From the NCBI GenBank assembly GCA_963792415.1, contig CAWBVY010000001.1, forward strand, positions 32,001 to 96,000: DNA of 64,000 nt, in the 5' to 3' direction. How positions within the stretch are numbered: position 1 is the stretch's first letter; each line of letters starts with the position of its first letter. A program made the position numbers and the translations under genes. This DNA is from Candidatus Deferrimicrobiaceae bacterium (lineage in GTDB: Bacteria > Desulfobacterota > Deferrimicrobia > Deferrimicrobiales > Deferrimicrobiaceae). The notes under the pieces are model-generated. The model was not told the DNA's origin, did no database searches, and was given only the letters and a program-made list of their open reading frames with translations. This document shows positions 1-8,796 of the stretch, piece after piece.

Positions 1-147
1 CCCGCCCACGGCCGCCAGGTGCGCCTCGAAGAAGGTCAGGACCGCGACAAGGACCGCGACGATCCCGATGGCCCACCGCTCCCTGCGCCGCTTCGCGGGA
101 TCCTCGACCGGCGTAGGGGTAAGTTTTCCGACCGGAGAAGCGGTCAC
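1..147 (-). CDS. N-terminus of a membrane sensor protein, probably an NtrY-like histidine kinase (partial, runs off the window)
   Basis: GTG overlaps the upstream TGA (GTGA). Reads ...PAKRRRERWAIGIVAVLVAVLTFFEAHLAAVGG: basic patch then a TM helix. DUF4390 followed by an NtrY-like kinase is a known gene order. Confidence 0.5.
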   Translation of the reverse strand, partial: MTASPVGKLTPTPVEDPAKRRRERWAIGIVAVLVAVLTFFEAHLAAVGG

Positions 148-698
148 GGGGTCTTGAGGTCCCCATAGGCCCATTCGGTCTCGACGTCCCACAGGGAGGA
201 GAAGAAGAAAATCGATCGAAGCGGCTCGGAAAGCCCCACCTTGTCCAGCCGGGCGCGGACGTGCGCCCGGTACCGTTTCCCCTTTTCCACGTCTCCGGTC
301 ACCGGGACGGCCACCTCGAACCGGGTCATCCGGTCGAGGGCGGCGAGAACGTCCGGAAGCAGCTCACCGCCGTCGTCGCGGTGGAGCCGGTAGACCCGCG
401 ACAGGGCGTCGTACCGGACGGAGCGGGTGTACTCGACATGCCCCATCGACGGGTTGAACCAGTTCCTGTAGACCCGCTCGACCTTGACGGTGGTCTTGAA
501 GGTGATCTCGATTCCGGACTTCAACGCCTCGACCATTTCGGGGGTGAACGCGTTCTTCACGATGAAGCGGACCCGGGCCTCGCCGCCCTGGATCGTCCCG
601 GAGACTTCCGAGATCTCGGGGACGGGCGGGCGGGCAAGGGAACTCCCTTGCAGAAGCCCCATGAGAGACAACGTAAAAATTGCAATCAGGACGCGCAC
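144..698 (-). CDS. DUF4390 family exported protein
   Basis: Signal-peptide-like N-terminus, EALKSGIEITF, RNWF, YDALSRVY and C-terminal SSLWDVETEW. GTG start chosen because it lies downstream of the TATAAT box. Confidence 0.75.
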   Translation of the reverse strand: MRVLIAIFTLSLMGLLQGSSLARPPVPEISEVSGTIQGGEARVRFIVKNAFTPEMVEALKSGIEITFKTTVKVERVYRNWFNPSMGHVEYTRSVRYDALSRVYRLHRDDGGELLPDVLAALDRMTRFEVAVPVTGDVEKGKRYRAHVRARLDKVGLSEPLRSIFFFSSLWDVETEWAYGDLKTP

Positions 699-714
699 TT
701 CCACCCCCAGAGGC

Positions 715-742
715 ATTATACCCGGCCGCCGCGATCGTGCAA
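715..742 (-). promoter_or_regulatory. Putative sigma70 promoter for DUF4390/kinase
   Basis: TTGCAC-N16-TATAAT on the minus strand. Confidence 0.45.
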
Positions 743-769
743 CAGCCGGCGAAGGCGCCTCGAGGAAGA

Positions 770-994
770 CTATTTCCGGAACAGCCAGAAAAGCAGGGTG
801 AGGAGCGCGCTGATGATCAGGCACGTCGCAAGCGGAAAATATAAGGTGAAATTTCCACGACGGATGGTGATGTCCCCGGGAAGCCGCCCGATCCAGCCGA
901 ATTTTTCGGAAATGAGCGAGAGAACGCCGACGCCCGCGATGAGGAGACCGACGAGGATCAGTCCTTTCCCGAGGGAAGTCTGCACGCCGGTCAC
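770..994 (-). CDS. DUF2905 family small membrane protein
   Basis: GRLPGDI and [10 protein letters not shown] motifs, two TM segments, coupled to the ruvB stop. Confidence 0.85.
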   Translation of the reverse strand: MTGVQTSLGKGLILVGLLIAGVGVLSLISEKFGWIGRLPGDITIRRGNFTLYFPLATCLIISALLTLLFWLFRK

Positions 995-2052
995 GACTCC
1001 CCGAACAGCGAATCCTGCGAGGACGTCTTCGGGGCCGCGATCCCGAGATGCTTCCAGGCGGCGGGGGTGGCCACCCTTCCCCGCGGGGTGCGCTTCAGGA
1101 AGCCCCGCTGGATGAGAAACGGCTCGTAGACATCCTCGATCGTGTCCCGCTCCTCGCTGACGGAGGCGGAGATCGTCTCCACGCCGACGGGCCCTCCCCC
1201 GAACTTCTCGAGGAGCACCCGCAGGATCTTGCGATCCATCACGTCGAGCCCCTCCCTGTCCACTTCCATCCGCAGCAGCGCGTGGTCCGCGATCTCGCGG
1301 GTGATCGTGCCGTCCCCCGTGACCTGGGCGAAGTCCCGGACGCGCCGCAGGAGGCGGTTCGCGACGCGCGGCGTCCCCCGGGAGCGACGGGCGATCTCCC
1401 CCGCCCCCGCATCGTCGACGGGGATGGAGAGGGCGGCCGAGGAGCGCCGGATCACCTCTTTCAGTTCCTCCGTCCCGTAATACTCCAGACGCAGGGGGAC
1501 CCCGAACCGGTCCCGCAACGGGGAAGTGAGCAGACCGGTGCGCGTCGTCGCGCCGACAAGCGTGAACCTCGGAAGCGCGAGGCGGATCGATTTCGCGGAC
1601 GGACCTTGCCCGAGGATGATGTCGAGGGCGAAGTCCTCCATCGCGGAGTAGAGCAGCTCCTCGACCACGCGTGTCAGCCGGTGGATCTCGTCGATGAAGA
1701 GGACGTCCCCGGGCTCGAGCGCCGTGAGGATCGCTGCGATGTCCCCTTTCCGCTCGATCGCGGGGCCGGAGGTCGTCCGGATCCCCGTCCCCATCTCGTT
1801 GGCGATGATGTGGGCCAGCGTCGTCTTCCCGAGGCCCGGCGGGCCGGAGAGCAGGACGTGGTCGAGCGGCTCGCCGCGGCCGATCGCCGCCTCGATGTAG
1901 GTCCGAAGGTTCGCCACGATCGCGGCTTGCCCGATAAATTCTCCGAACCGCTTCGGCCGGAGGGAGAGGTCGACGGTGTTCTCGCCCCCGCCGGCGGCGG
2001 GATCGACGATGCGTCCGCCCGGAATTTCCGCGTCTCTTCGTTCCGTCGTCAC
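991..2052 (-). CDS. ruvB: Holliday junction branch migration helicase RuvB
   Basis: LRPKRF, Walker [35 protein letters not shown]. Confidence 0.98.
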   Translation of the reverse strand: MTTERRDAEIPGGRIVDPAAGGGENTVDLSLRPKRFGEFIGQAAIVANLRTYIEAAIGRGEPLDHVLLSGPPGLGKTTLAHIIANEMGTGIRTTSGPAIERKGDIAAILTALEPGDVLFIDEIHRLTRVVEELLYSAMEDFALDIILGQGPSAKSIRLALPRFTLVGATTRTGLLTSPLRDRFGVPLRLEYYGTEELKEVIRRSSAALSIPVDDAGAGEIARRSRGTPRVANRLLRRVRDFAQVTGDGTITREIADHALLRMEVDREGLDVMDRKILRVLLEKFGGGPVGVETISASVSEERDTIEDVYEPFLIQRGFLKRTPRGRVATPAAWKHLGIAAPKTSSQDSLFGES

Positions 2053-2055
2053 GCG

Positions 2056-2667
2056 TTACCGCCCTCCCGACAGGCGGCGCAACGACTCCCGGATCAGGAG
2101 ATCCGCCGGAAGATCGGCGCCCTTCTCCCGCCGGACGGCCGCGACGGCAAGCTGTGCCTGTGATCTCGGGAACCCGAGGGCGACGAGCGCTTCCGAGGCC
2201 TGCGCTTCCGGCGCCGTCGGGAGATCCGTCGGCTCACCGCCGAGGGGGGTGAAATCGACCGAAACCTTTTTCAGCCGGTCCGGCAGTTCGAGGGCGATCC
2301 GCTGGGCGAGCTTCTTGCCGATCCCGGGCACGCGCGTGAAGGCGGCGGCGTCTTCCCGGGCGCACGCCGCGAGGACGCCCGGAACGGCGAGTACCGACAG
2401 CATCGCCATGGCGGATTTCGGTCCCACACCGCTCACGCCGATCGTCGCCAGGAAGATCTCGCGCTCCGTTTCCGTCGAGAAACCGAACAGGTCCGCGCCC
2501 CCCTCGCGGAAATGGAGATGCGTGCGGAGGATGCAGCTCTCGCCGTCGGGGGGAAGGTCTTTCCGCGTTTCGCCGGAAACGTGCGCCCGGAACCCGATCC
2601 CGGCGCACTCCAGCACCACGAAATCCTTCCCGCCCCCTGCGAGGCGGCCGCGAAGATGATCGATCAT
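2056..2667 (-). CDS. ruvA: Holliday junction branch migration protein RuvA
   Basis: MIDHLRG start, HhH motifs VSGVGPK and VPGIGKK, C-terminal EALVALGF. Confidence 0.96.
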   Translation of the reverse strand: MIDHLRGRLAGGGKDFVVLECAGIGFRAHVSGETRKDLPPDGESCILRTHLHFREGGADLFGFSTETEREIFLATIGVSGVGPKSAMAMLSVLAVPGVLAACAREDAAAFTRVPGIGKKLAQRIALELPDRLKKVSVDFTPLGGEPTDLPTAPEAQASEALVALGFPRSQAQLAVAAVRREKGADLPADLLIRESLRRLSGGR

Positions 2668-2777
2668 AGGCGAGCATTCTACCATTTCTTCGTTTGCCGG
2701 ATGCCCTCGGGGGCAAGGGGATGCAAGGAAAGGAAGCCCGCTCCCAACCGGCGGATGTCATCCGATAAACAAAATAG

Positions 2778-2795
2778 CGAAATATGATCATTTCG
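2778..2795. promoter_or_regulatory. Palindrome, candidate enhancer (UAS) for a sigma54 activator
   Basis: CGAAAT-N6-ATTTCG about 110-130 bp upstream of the -24 box, with another half-site TGCCGAAAT at 2847-2855. Confidence 0.4.
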
Positions 2796-2904
2796 GCAAA
2801 ATACTTCATGCATCCAGGCAGGCAAACCAGGGGCATCTTGGGGAGGTGCCGAAATTCATCAGGCAACACAAGGAGATGAACCCAATTCACTTTCCAACCT
2901 CCCT

Positions 2905-2920
2905 TGGCACGTTCCTTGAT
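2905..2920 (+). promoter_or_regulatory. Sigma54 (-24/-12) promoter
   Basis: TGGCACGTTCCTTGAT versus consensus TGGCACG-N4-TTGCW (GG-N10-GA variant), next to a sigma54 activator gene. Confidence 0.6.
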
Positions 2921-3001
2921 ATTTTCCAGATCAACAACAGGTCCGGAATCGGACGGGGAAACAAATCGCCAACGTTCCAGGGAAAGGAAAGGAGACCCGA
3001 C

Positions 3002-3241
3002 ATGAAGACGGGACAGGGCAACGGGGGCGCTTTTTCATGGAGTGGCATCTGCGAAATCTCGAGGGAGGCGAACAGCCTGTGCACCCTTCTCCCCGATGCA
3101 GGCCGCTGCACGAAAACGCATTTGGCGCACGTCGACTCCGTGCTGCCGGCCTCCCGGGTCCGCGGTTCAAGGAATGCCATCCGCGAGGCGGGTCACCAGG
3201 CGCCGGCCGGGGGGAACTCGTTCCCGTCCTTTGCGAAGTAA
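3002..3241 (+). CDS. Small hypothetical protein (79 aa, 3 Cys)
   Basis: AAGGAG RBS 7 nt before ATG, downstream of the sigma54 promoter. No recognisable domain. Confidence 0.45.
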   Translation: MKTGQGNGGAFSWSGICEISREANSLCTLLPDAGRCTKTHLAHVDSVLPASRVRGSRNAIREAGHQAPAGGNSFPSFAK

Positions 3242-3282
3242 ACCGGCCTGGCGGTCGGTACCGGTGAGGCGGTCGGGAACGC

Positions 3283-4827
3283 TCAGCCTTTGCGGATCCC
3301 CAACCGCCTCATCCTTGCGTTGAAGGTGGACCTCTTGATTCCTGCCTTCCGTGACGCGGCCGCGATGTTCCACTTCGTCTGATCCAGAAGGGATTGGATA
3401 TATTCCCGTTCCAGCCCCTCCCAGGTGTATCCGGCCAAAGAATCGGTACTCCGGGATACGTTGCGCTCCTCCTGCAGGGGGAAGTCGCGACCCGGGCCGG
3501 CTGTCGGGGCCCTCTCCGGCGTCCGGTTGAGAAGCATCGTGAGGTCGGCCGGCAGAATGGTATCTCCGCGCGTCACGGTGACAAGGTACTTGACCAGATT
3601 CTCCATCTCCCGGATATTCCCGGGCCAAGGGTATTCCGTCAGCATTCCCATGACTTCCGGCGATATCTTTATCGGTTCCCTGCCCGGCGCCCGGCCGAAA
3701 CGCCGCAGGAAGTGGGAAAGCAGCAGGGGGATATCCTCCTTCCGGCTCCGGAGAGGAGGCATCACCAACGGAAGCACATTGAGGCGGAAATACAGGTCCT
3801 CCCGGAACAGGCCCGATTCGACGCACCGGGTCATATTCCTGTTCGTGGCGGAAAGGATGCGCATGTCCACCCTTCGAAACTCGGTGCTCCCCAGCGGCTT
3901 GATCTCGTTGCTTTGCAGCACATGTAGGATCTTGGCCTGCAGGCCCAGGGGCATGTCCCCGATCTCGTCCAGGAAGACGGTCCCTCCGCGCGCCGCTTCG
4001 AAAAGCCCGACCTTGTCCCGCGTCGCCCCGGTAAATGCCCCCTTCCGGTATCCGAACAGTTCGCTCTCCAGGAGGGTGTCCGGAATCGCGCTGCAATTCT
4101 GGGCGAGAAAGGGACTGTCCCGCCGCGCCCCGAGCCGGTGGATCTCCCGGGCGACGAGTTCCTTGCCGGTCCCGCTCTCGCCGGTGATCATGACCGGGAA
4201 ATCGTTGCCGGCATAGGTCTCGGCGGTCCGGAGGACCGTCTGCAACGCCTGGCTCCGCCCGACGATCGCCGGCGGGGACCGGACCTCTTCCAGGATCTTC
4301 TTCAACTCGACGTTCCGTTGCTGGTGTTCCTCAAGGACCAGGGAGGCGCCAAGGGCGATCCCTCCCGCGGTCACGAGCCCTTCCATCAGCTCAAGATAGC
4401 CGGGAGCCAGATTCAGCCGCTTCCCCCCGGCGCTGGTATCGATGATCTGCACGGCCCCGTACACCGAGCCATCCTTCAATTTCAGGGGAAAACACAGGAT
4501 CAGCGTGCTTTTTACGTCGAAGCTGTTTTCGACCTCCTTGAAATGGTTGGGATCCTTCCCCGCCTGGGCGATCTTCATCTTTCCCGTCTCGATTACGGAC
4601 CCCACGATGCTCGGACGGGTGGCGCTGACGGCGACTCCCTTTATTTTATCTTTATCGGGGCCGATCGACTCGGAACATACGTAGCTGTCCCCTCTCCGGA
4701 TCCACATCGACCCCCTCTCGACGTTCTGGATCTGCGTCAAGGCTTCGAGAAACCTGGCCGGGAAGCGGTCGGGATCCAGTTTCTCGAACAGGGACTGGAT
4801 GAAGACAAGGGGCAGATTCTGGGTCAT
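3283..4827 (-). CDS. GAF-domain sigma54-dependent Fis-family transcriptional activator (bEBP)
   Basis: N-terminal GAF-like region (ILCFPLKLKDGSVYGAVQII), Walker A GESGTGKE, intact GAFTGA, FLDEIG, FREDLYFRLNV, YPWPGNIRE, C-terminal HTH. Start MTQNL follows a GAGAGG RBS. Confidence 0.93.
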   Translation of the reverse strand: MTQNLPLVFIQSLFEKLDPDRFPARFLEALTQIQNVERGSMWIRRGDSYVCSESIGPDKDKIKGVAVSATRPSIVGSVIETGKMKIAQAGKDPNHFKEVENSFDVKSTLILCFPLKLKDGSVYGAVQIIDTSAGGKRLNLAPGYLELMEGLVTAGGIALGASLVLEEHQQRNVELKKILEEVRSPPAIVGRSQALQTVLRTAETYAGNDFPVMITGESGTGKELVAREIHRLGARRDSPFLAQNCSAIPDTLLESELFGYRKGAFTGATRDKVGLFEAARGGTVFLDEIGDMPLGLQAKILHVLQSNEIKPLGSTEFRRVDMRILSATNRNMTRCVESGLFREDLYFRLNVLPLVMPPLRSRKEDIPLLLSHFLRRFGRAPGREPIKISPEVMGMLTEYPWPGNIREMENLVKYLVTVTRGDTILPADLTMLLNRTPERAPTAGPGRDFPLQEERNVSRSTDSLAGYTWEGLEREYIQSLLDQTKWNIAAASRKAGIKRSTFNARMRRLGIRKG

Positions 4828-5134
4828 CCTCTCACCCGCGGACCCGGCGCGAACCGGGCTTTTCGAAGCGATTCTTCCATCATGGATCGGATCCCGTCGC
4901 TCCTTACGGGCAGCGGTACCGGGAGGATAGCCGATCCATCGGGTATGGATAGCAAATGCAGGTAGCTTCCTTCGAAAACGATGATCGGTCCGGGGTAGAT
5001 TCCCTCGATTCGTTTCCGCTTGTTTTCCCAGTTCGATGGGGAACTGTTGGTTGGGGAGAGCTTCCGCGTTGTTGCCATCCACGGTCGCGGAAACATTCTG
5101 CAAAGTTCGAATCGTACAGTGATCTTCATTTTTT

Positions 5135-5296
5135 TTACTTTTCCGTCGGTGCATCCTTCACATCGATTATCCACTTCTCCGCGCTCACCACTACCGGTTG
5201 GGCAATGAACATGACGGCTGCCGCAATCGCCAGGAACGCGACGATGAACCCCCGGGTCCATCTCTTCTCCGTGACCGATCTCCTCGGCGTGACCAT
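5135..5296 (-). CDS. Small secreted protein/peptide precursor (possibly the 5' part of a frameshifted longer gene reaching about 4904)
   Basis: Strong AAGGAGG RBS, basic N-region, hydrophobic GFIVAFLAIAAAVMFIA, and VSA-EK signal-peptidase-like site. Confidence 0.65.
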   Translation of the reverse strand: MVTPRRSVTEKRWTRGFIVAFLAIAAAVMFIAQPVVVSAEKWIIDVKDAPTEK

Positions 5297-5431
5297 GCTT
5301 CCCTCCTTTTTCTGTCCGGACGGTTGATACGACAAGGCATGCCGCTCCTCCCAGTGCCGCGCCTGATCCTCGCTGTGAGGCCCTCCTTTCCCGTTCGAAT
5401 ATATTCCCGCCCCCCGGGACGCCCGCCGGTT

Positions 5432-8400
5432 CTAAAGGGATATCGTGACCTTGAAATAGACCGTGCGTCCCGGCTGGAGGATCGGCCGGTACGGATCCGT
5501 GTCCTGGTACTGGAACGACTGGTTGAACAGGTTCTTCCCTTCGACCGATACGATCCCCCACCGGTCGGGGAGGCGGTAGCCGACGGACGCGTCGAAGATC
5601 CAGAACTGGTCGCTCCCCGACTTGGGGTGTCCGTCGAAGGCGCCTGGCCGATTCGGAAGAACTGGCCGCTCTGGTCGAAATAGGTGCCGGTGGCCGTTGC
5701 GAACACCCCCGACGGGTGGAAGAAACGGGCGGACAACGGAACCCGGTGGGTGGTCACCTCCTTGACCGGGTGCCCCTCCCGGTCCTGTCGTTCGTACTGG
5801 TAGTCAGCGGAGAGGGCCCACCGCGGATCGGGTGTCCAGTTGACATAGGCCCGGCCCTGGCGTTCCTTCCAATCGTATCGTTTGTAGGCCGTTGGCTCGG
5901 GTGGGACGGTGCTTGAGATCGGCACGTCCAGGTCCCTTTGGGAATATTCCACCCCCGCGAACAGGCTGTCCGATATCTTCTGGTCCGCGCCGGCGCCATA
6001 CGTCCAAGCATCCGTTCCGGGTAAATCGTCGTAGAACTGGTTGAAGCCCGCCACCTGGGTGGGCTCGATCGTCTGGCTGGTGAACGGCAGCGTGCGCCGC
6101 AGCACCCGGAAAACCGCGCCCCGTAGCGTGGTACCCGGGCGGGGGGTCCACGTCACCCCGAGTTTCGGGTTGAACTGGTTGCGGTTCTCGACACCCGAAA
6201 CGTCCGCCGAATCGCGGAAGAAGTCGGCGCTTCCCCCCACGGTCCAGGTCGCGGTTTCCGGATACCGCGCGTGGAAATACAGGTAGGCATTGGTGTGGTC
6301 CACGGTGCTGTCCAAAGAATCCTTTTGGACTTCAGGCGGAAACACGGGGGGAGTGGTGCTCAGCGACACAGAGAGGGTTGCGTCGCGATTCACGTTGAGG
6401 TATCCCGCCCCCGCCACGAGTTGGTACCGCCCCCGGCGCACGATCTGCTGGAGTTCGACGTCCACGACGTGGTCGGTGGTCTGATCGGTAACGTCAAGGT
6501 CAAGGACCACATCAACGTCGAAGGGGAATTGGTCTTTCGTCTGCGCATTGTATTTATGCAACTCGTAGACCATCGTGCCGATGAAGTCGGACCCGGGCGC
6601 GAAGGCGTGGTGAACGCCGACCCTTCCGCCCTTGTAATTTTCCGTCTGACGCAGAGTTCTGAAGAATTCGTCCGAAAGGAATCTGAGCTCCATGTCCCCC
6701 TGGTCGATGTCGAACGCCCTGAACTCCGCCAGGACGCTCGTCTTGTGCGAAAGACTTCCCTGCGTGAACACGTTATAGATATTCTGCGTCTGGTCGTTGT
6801 TCTCCCGGAAGCCGTCGGTCTGGAAGTGGTACTGGCCCAGGCTGTACGAGAGGCGGTTCTGTAACCCCGACAGGACGACCTCTTCCCCGAAGGTGTCCTG
6901 GGAACCGGCGACGCCGCTGCCCTGCAGCGCGAGGCGATTGCGCAGGAAGAGCGGGTTGAACTCGTTGAACGACGGGGACGACGGCCCGGCGCCCTCCAGG
7001 ATGGAGAGATTGTTCTGCGCGAGGCTGGGCTGCACCGGGTTGACGTTGAGCGGCTGAAGCAGCTGCGACTGCAGCAGTTCGCTCGTCCGGGCGATCTCGT
7101 GCCGCGGCAGAGCCGAATAGGAGTCGGCCAGGAACCGGTGCGCGGAGTAGTTCGCCGGGTCGGTGTTGACCGATTTCCACCCCTCCACGAGGGCCAGCTG
7201 CCGGAACCCCAGGTCGTCGTAGATCCGCCCCAGGCTGGCGCTGCGGGCCGCCAGGTCCTCGTCCAGGAGGAGGCGGGACCGGTAGACCGCGCGGTTGTCG
7301 TTCAGCGAGATCGACTTCTGCAGGTCCTGCAGGGCCTCCACCGGCCGGTTCACGGACTGCTTCAGGATCGCGTCGTAGAACCAGGGCGTCGGGTCGGCGG
7401 GGTCCAGCCCCTTCGCCATGTCGAACTGGGAGGAGGCGGTTTTCCCGCGCTTCTCCTCGAAGTACGCCTTCCCCAGGTAGCTCCGGATCAGGGAGCTGTT
7501 CGGGTCGAGGCTGGCAGCGACCTCGATCTCCTTGCGGCCCGCATCCAGGTCGCCTTCGCGGATCATCGCCAGCCCGAGACCCAGCCGCGGGAGCGGATCC
7601 GCCTGGTCCAGTTCGATCGCACGCTCGAAAGCGGACTTCGACTCCCGGATCTTCACCTGCGTCAGGTACGCGAACCCGAGGACCGCCTGCGTTCGGGCAA
7701 CGTCGGGGTTCTCCGAGGCGGCCTTCTTCGCTTCTATCAGCGCCTCATCGAGCCGTCCGAACGAGAGGAGAAGCTCGGCAAGCCGCGCCCTGGCCAACGC
7801 ATTGCCGGGCTCCGACCGGACGGCCGCCTGCAGGGACGCCAGGGCGCCCTCCAGATCGAAATGGGCCTGTTGCGCATAGGAAAGCGCGACCCGGGCGGAC
7901 GCCGATTCCGGGTTCGCCGACACCGCCTTCTTCGCCAGTTCGAGCGCGTCTCCCTTCTCGTTCCGGGCGACCGCGATAACGGCCTGCAGGGCGAGCGCGT
8001 CGGCGTCGCCCGGCGCCGCTTTCAGGGTCCCGTCGATCACCGCCTGCGCCTCGTCGGCCCGGCCGACCGCAAGCAGCGCCGCGGCCCGTTGCCGCCAATC
8101 CTGTGCTGCTTCCGCACGGGTCTCAACCACCGCCGGATAGTAGAGCGTCCACTGCACCGCGTCCCGTGGGCGAGCCACGGTCCGGAGCACCGGCGCCTGC
8201 CCCGCCGACGCCTCGATCGATTGCCCGCGCGCTATCGCGACTGTCCCCCGCTCGTTGGAGGCGGCAACCCTTCCCTCGAACACCGTCACGAGGGCCTTGT
8301 CGCTTTCCACACGAACGAAAAACTCGGTCCCCTCGATCCCCGCGTTGACGAAGGGGGTTCCGACCTTGAACCGGCGCGGGGTGCGGCTCATGAAATACGC

Positions 8401-8754
8401 GCCCCCGTGGAGCACGTCCAGCCAGGAATCTTTTTCCTTCTCCGGCGCGGAGAAGACGACCTGCGTGTTCTGGTCGAGGCGAAGGGTGGTCTCGTTCATC
8501 AGGAGCAGGTCCACCCGGCTCCATTCCATCACCCGGAGGATGTCCCCCCGGCAAAATTGATCCTTGTGCCGGACCTCGATCCACGGTTCCGTTTTCCCGT
8601 GCTTCACCCGTACATCGCCCTGCACCGAAACGGCCACGGCAACCGACGGTTCGCACGATCCGGCCACGGCGTGACCGGAGGTGCACGACAGGGAAACCAC
8701 GACCACGATGAGCACTCCCAGGGCTGCCGGCAGACGCGTTTTCATCCTCGTCAT
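5432..8754 (-). CDS. Outer-membrane FecR-domain/TPR/TonB-receptor-like beta-barrel protein (one frameshift near 5625)
   Basis: Signal peptide, FecR-like region (GDILRV...TTLRLDQNT...VGTPFVNAGIEGTEF), multiple TPRs, then barrel strands (QFNPKLGVTW). The natural C-terminus QFWIFDASVGYRL...KNLFN...GRTVYFKVTISL* lies in the adjacent frame ending at TAG 5432-5434. Confidence 0.85.
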
Positions 8755-8796
8755 TTTGACCGCCTCCGATGGCGCGGGCCTTCACGCGGCCGGCGC

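Noticed and set aside
2815-2860. GGCAAACC... as a c-di-GMP-I riboswitch
   Set aside because: Lacks the following GACGCAAAGC segment and the second stem with its tetraloop receptor.
4824-5129. Independent 101-aa ORF (MKITVRFELCR...) overlapping the bEBP start
   Set aside because: No RBS and patchy composition. Better explained as fragments of the upstream secreted-protein gene.
4828-5154. N-terminal extension of the sigma54 activator given in the ORF track (623 aa)
   Set aside because: The RBS and domain start support MTQNL at 4827.
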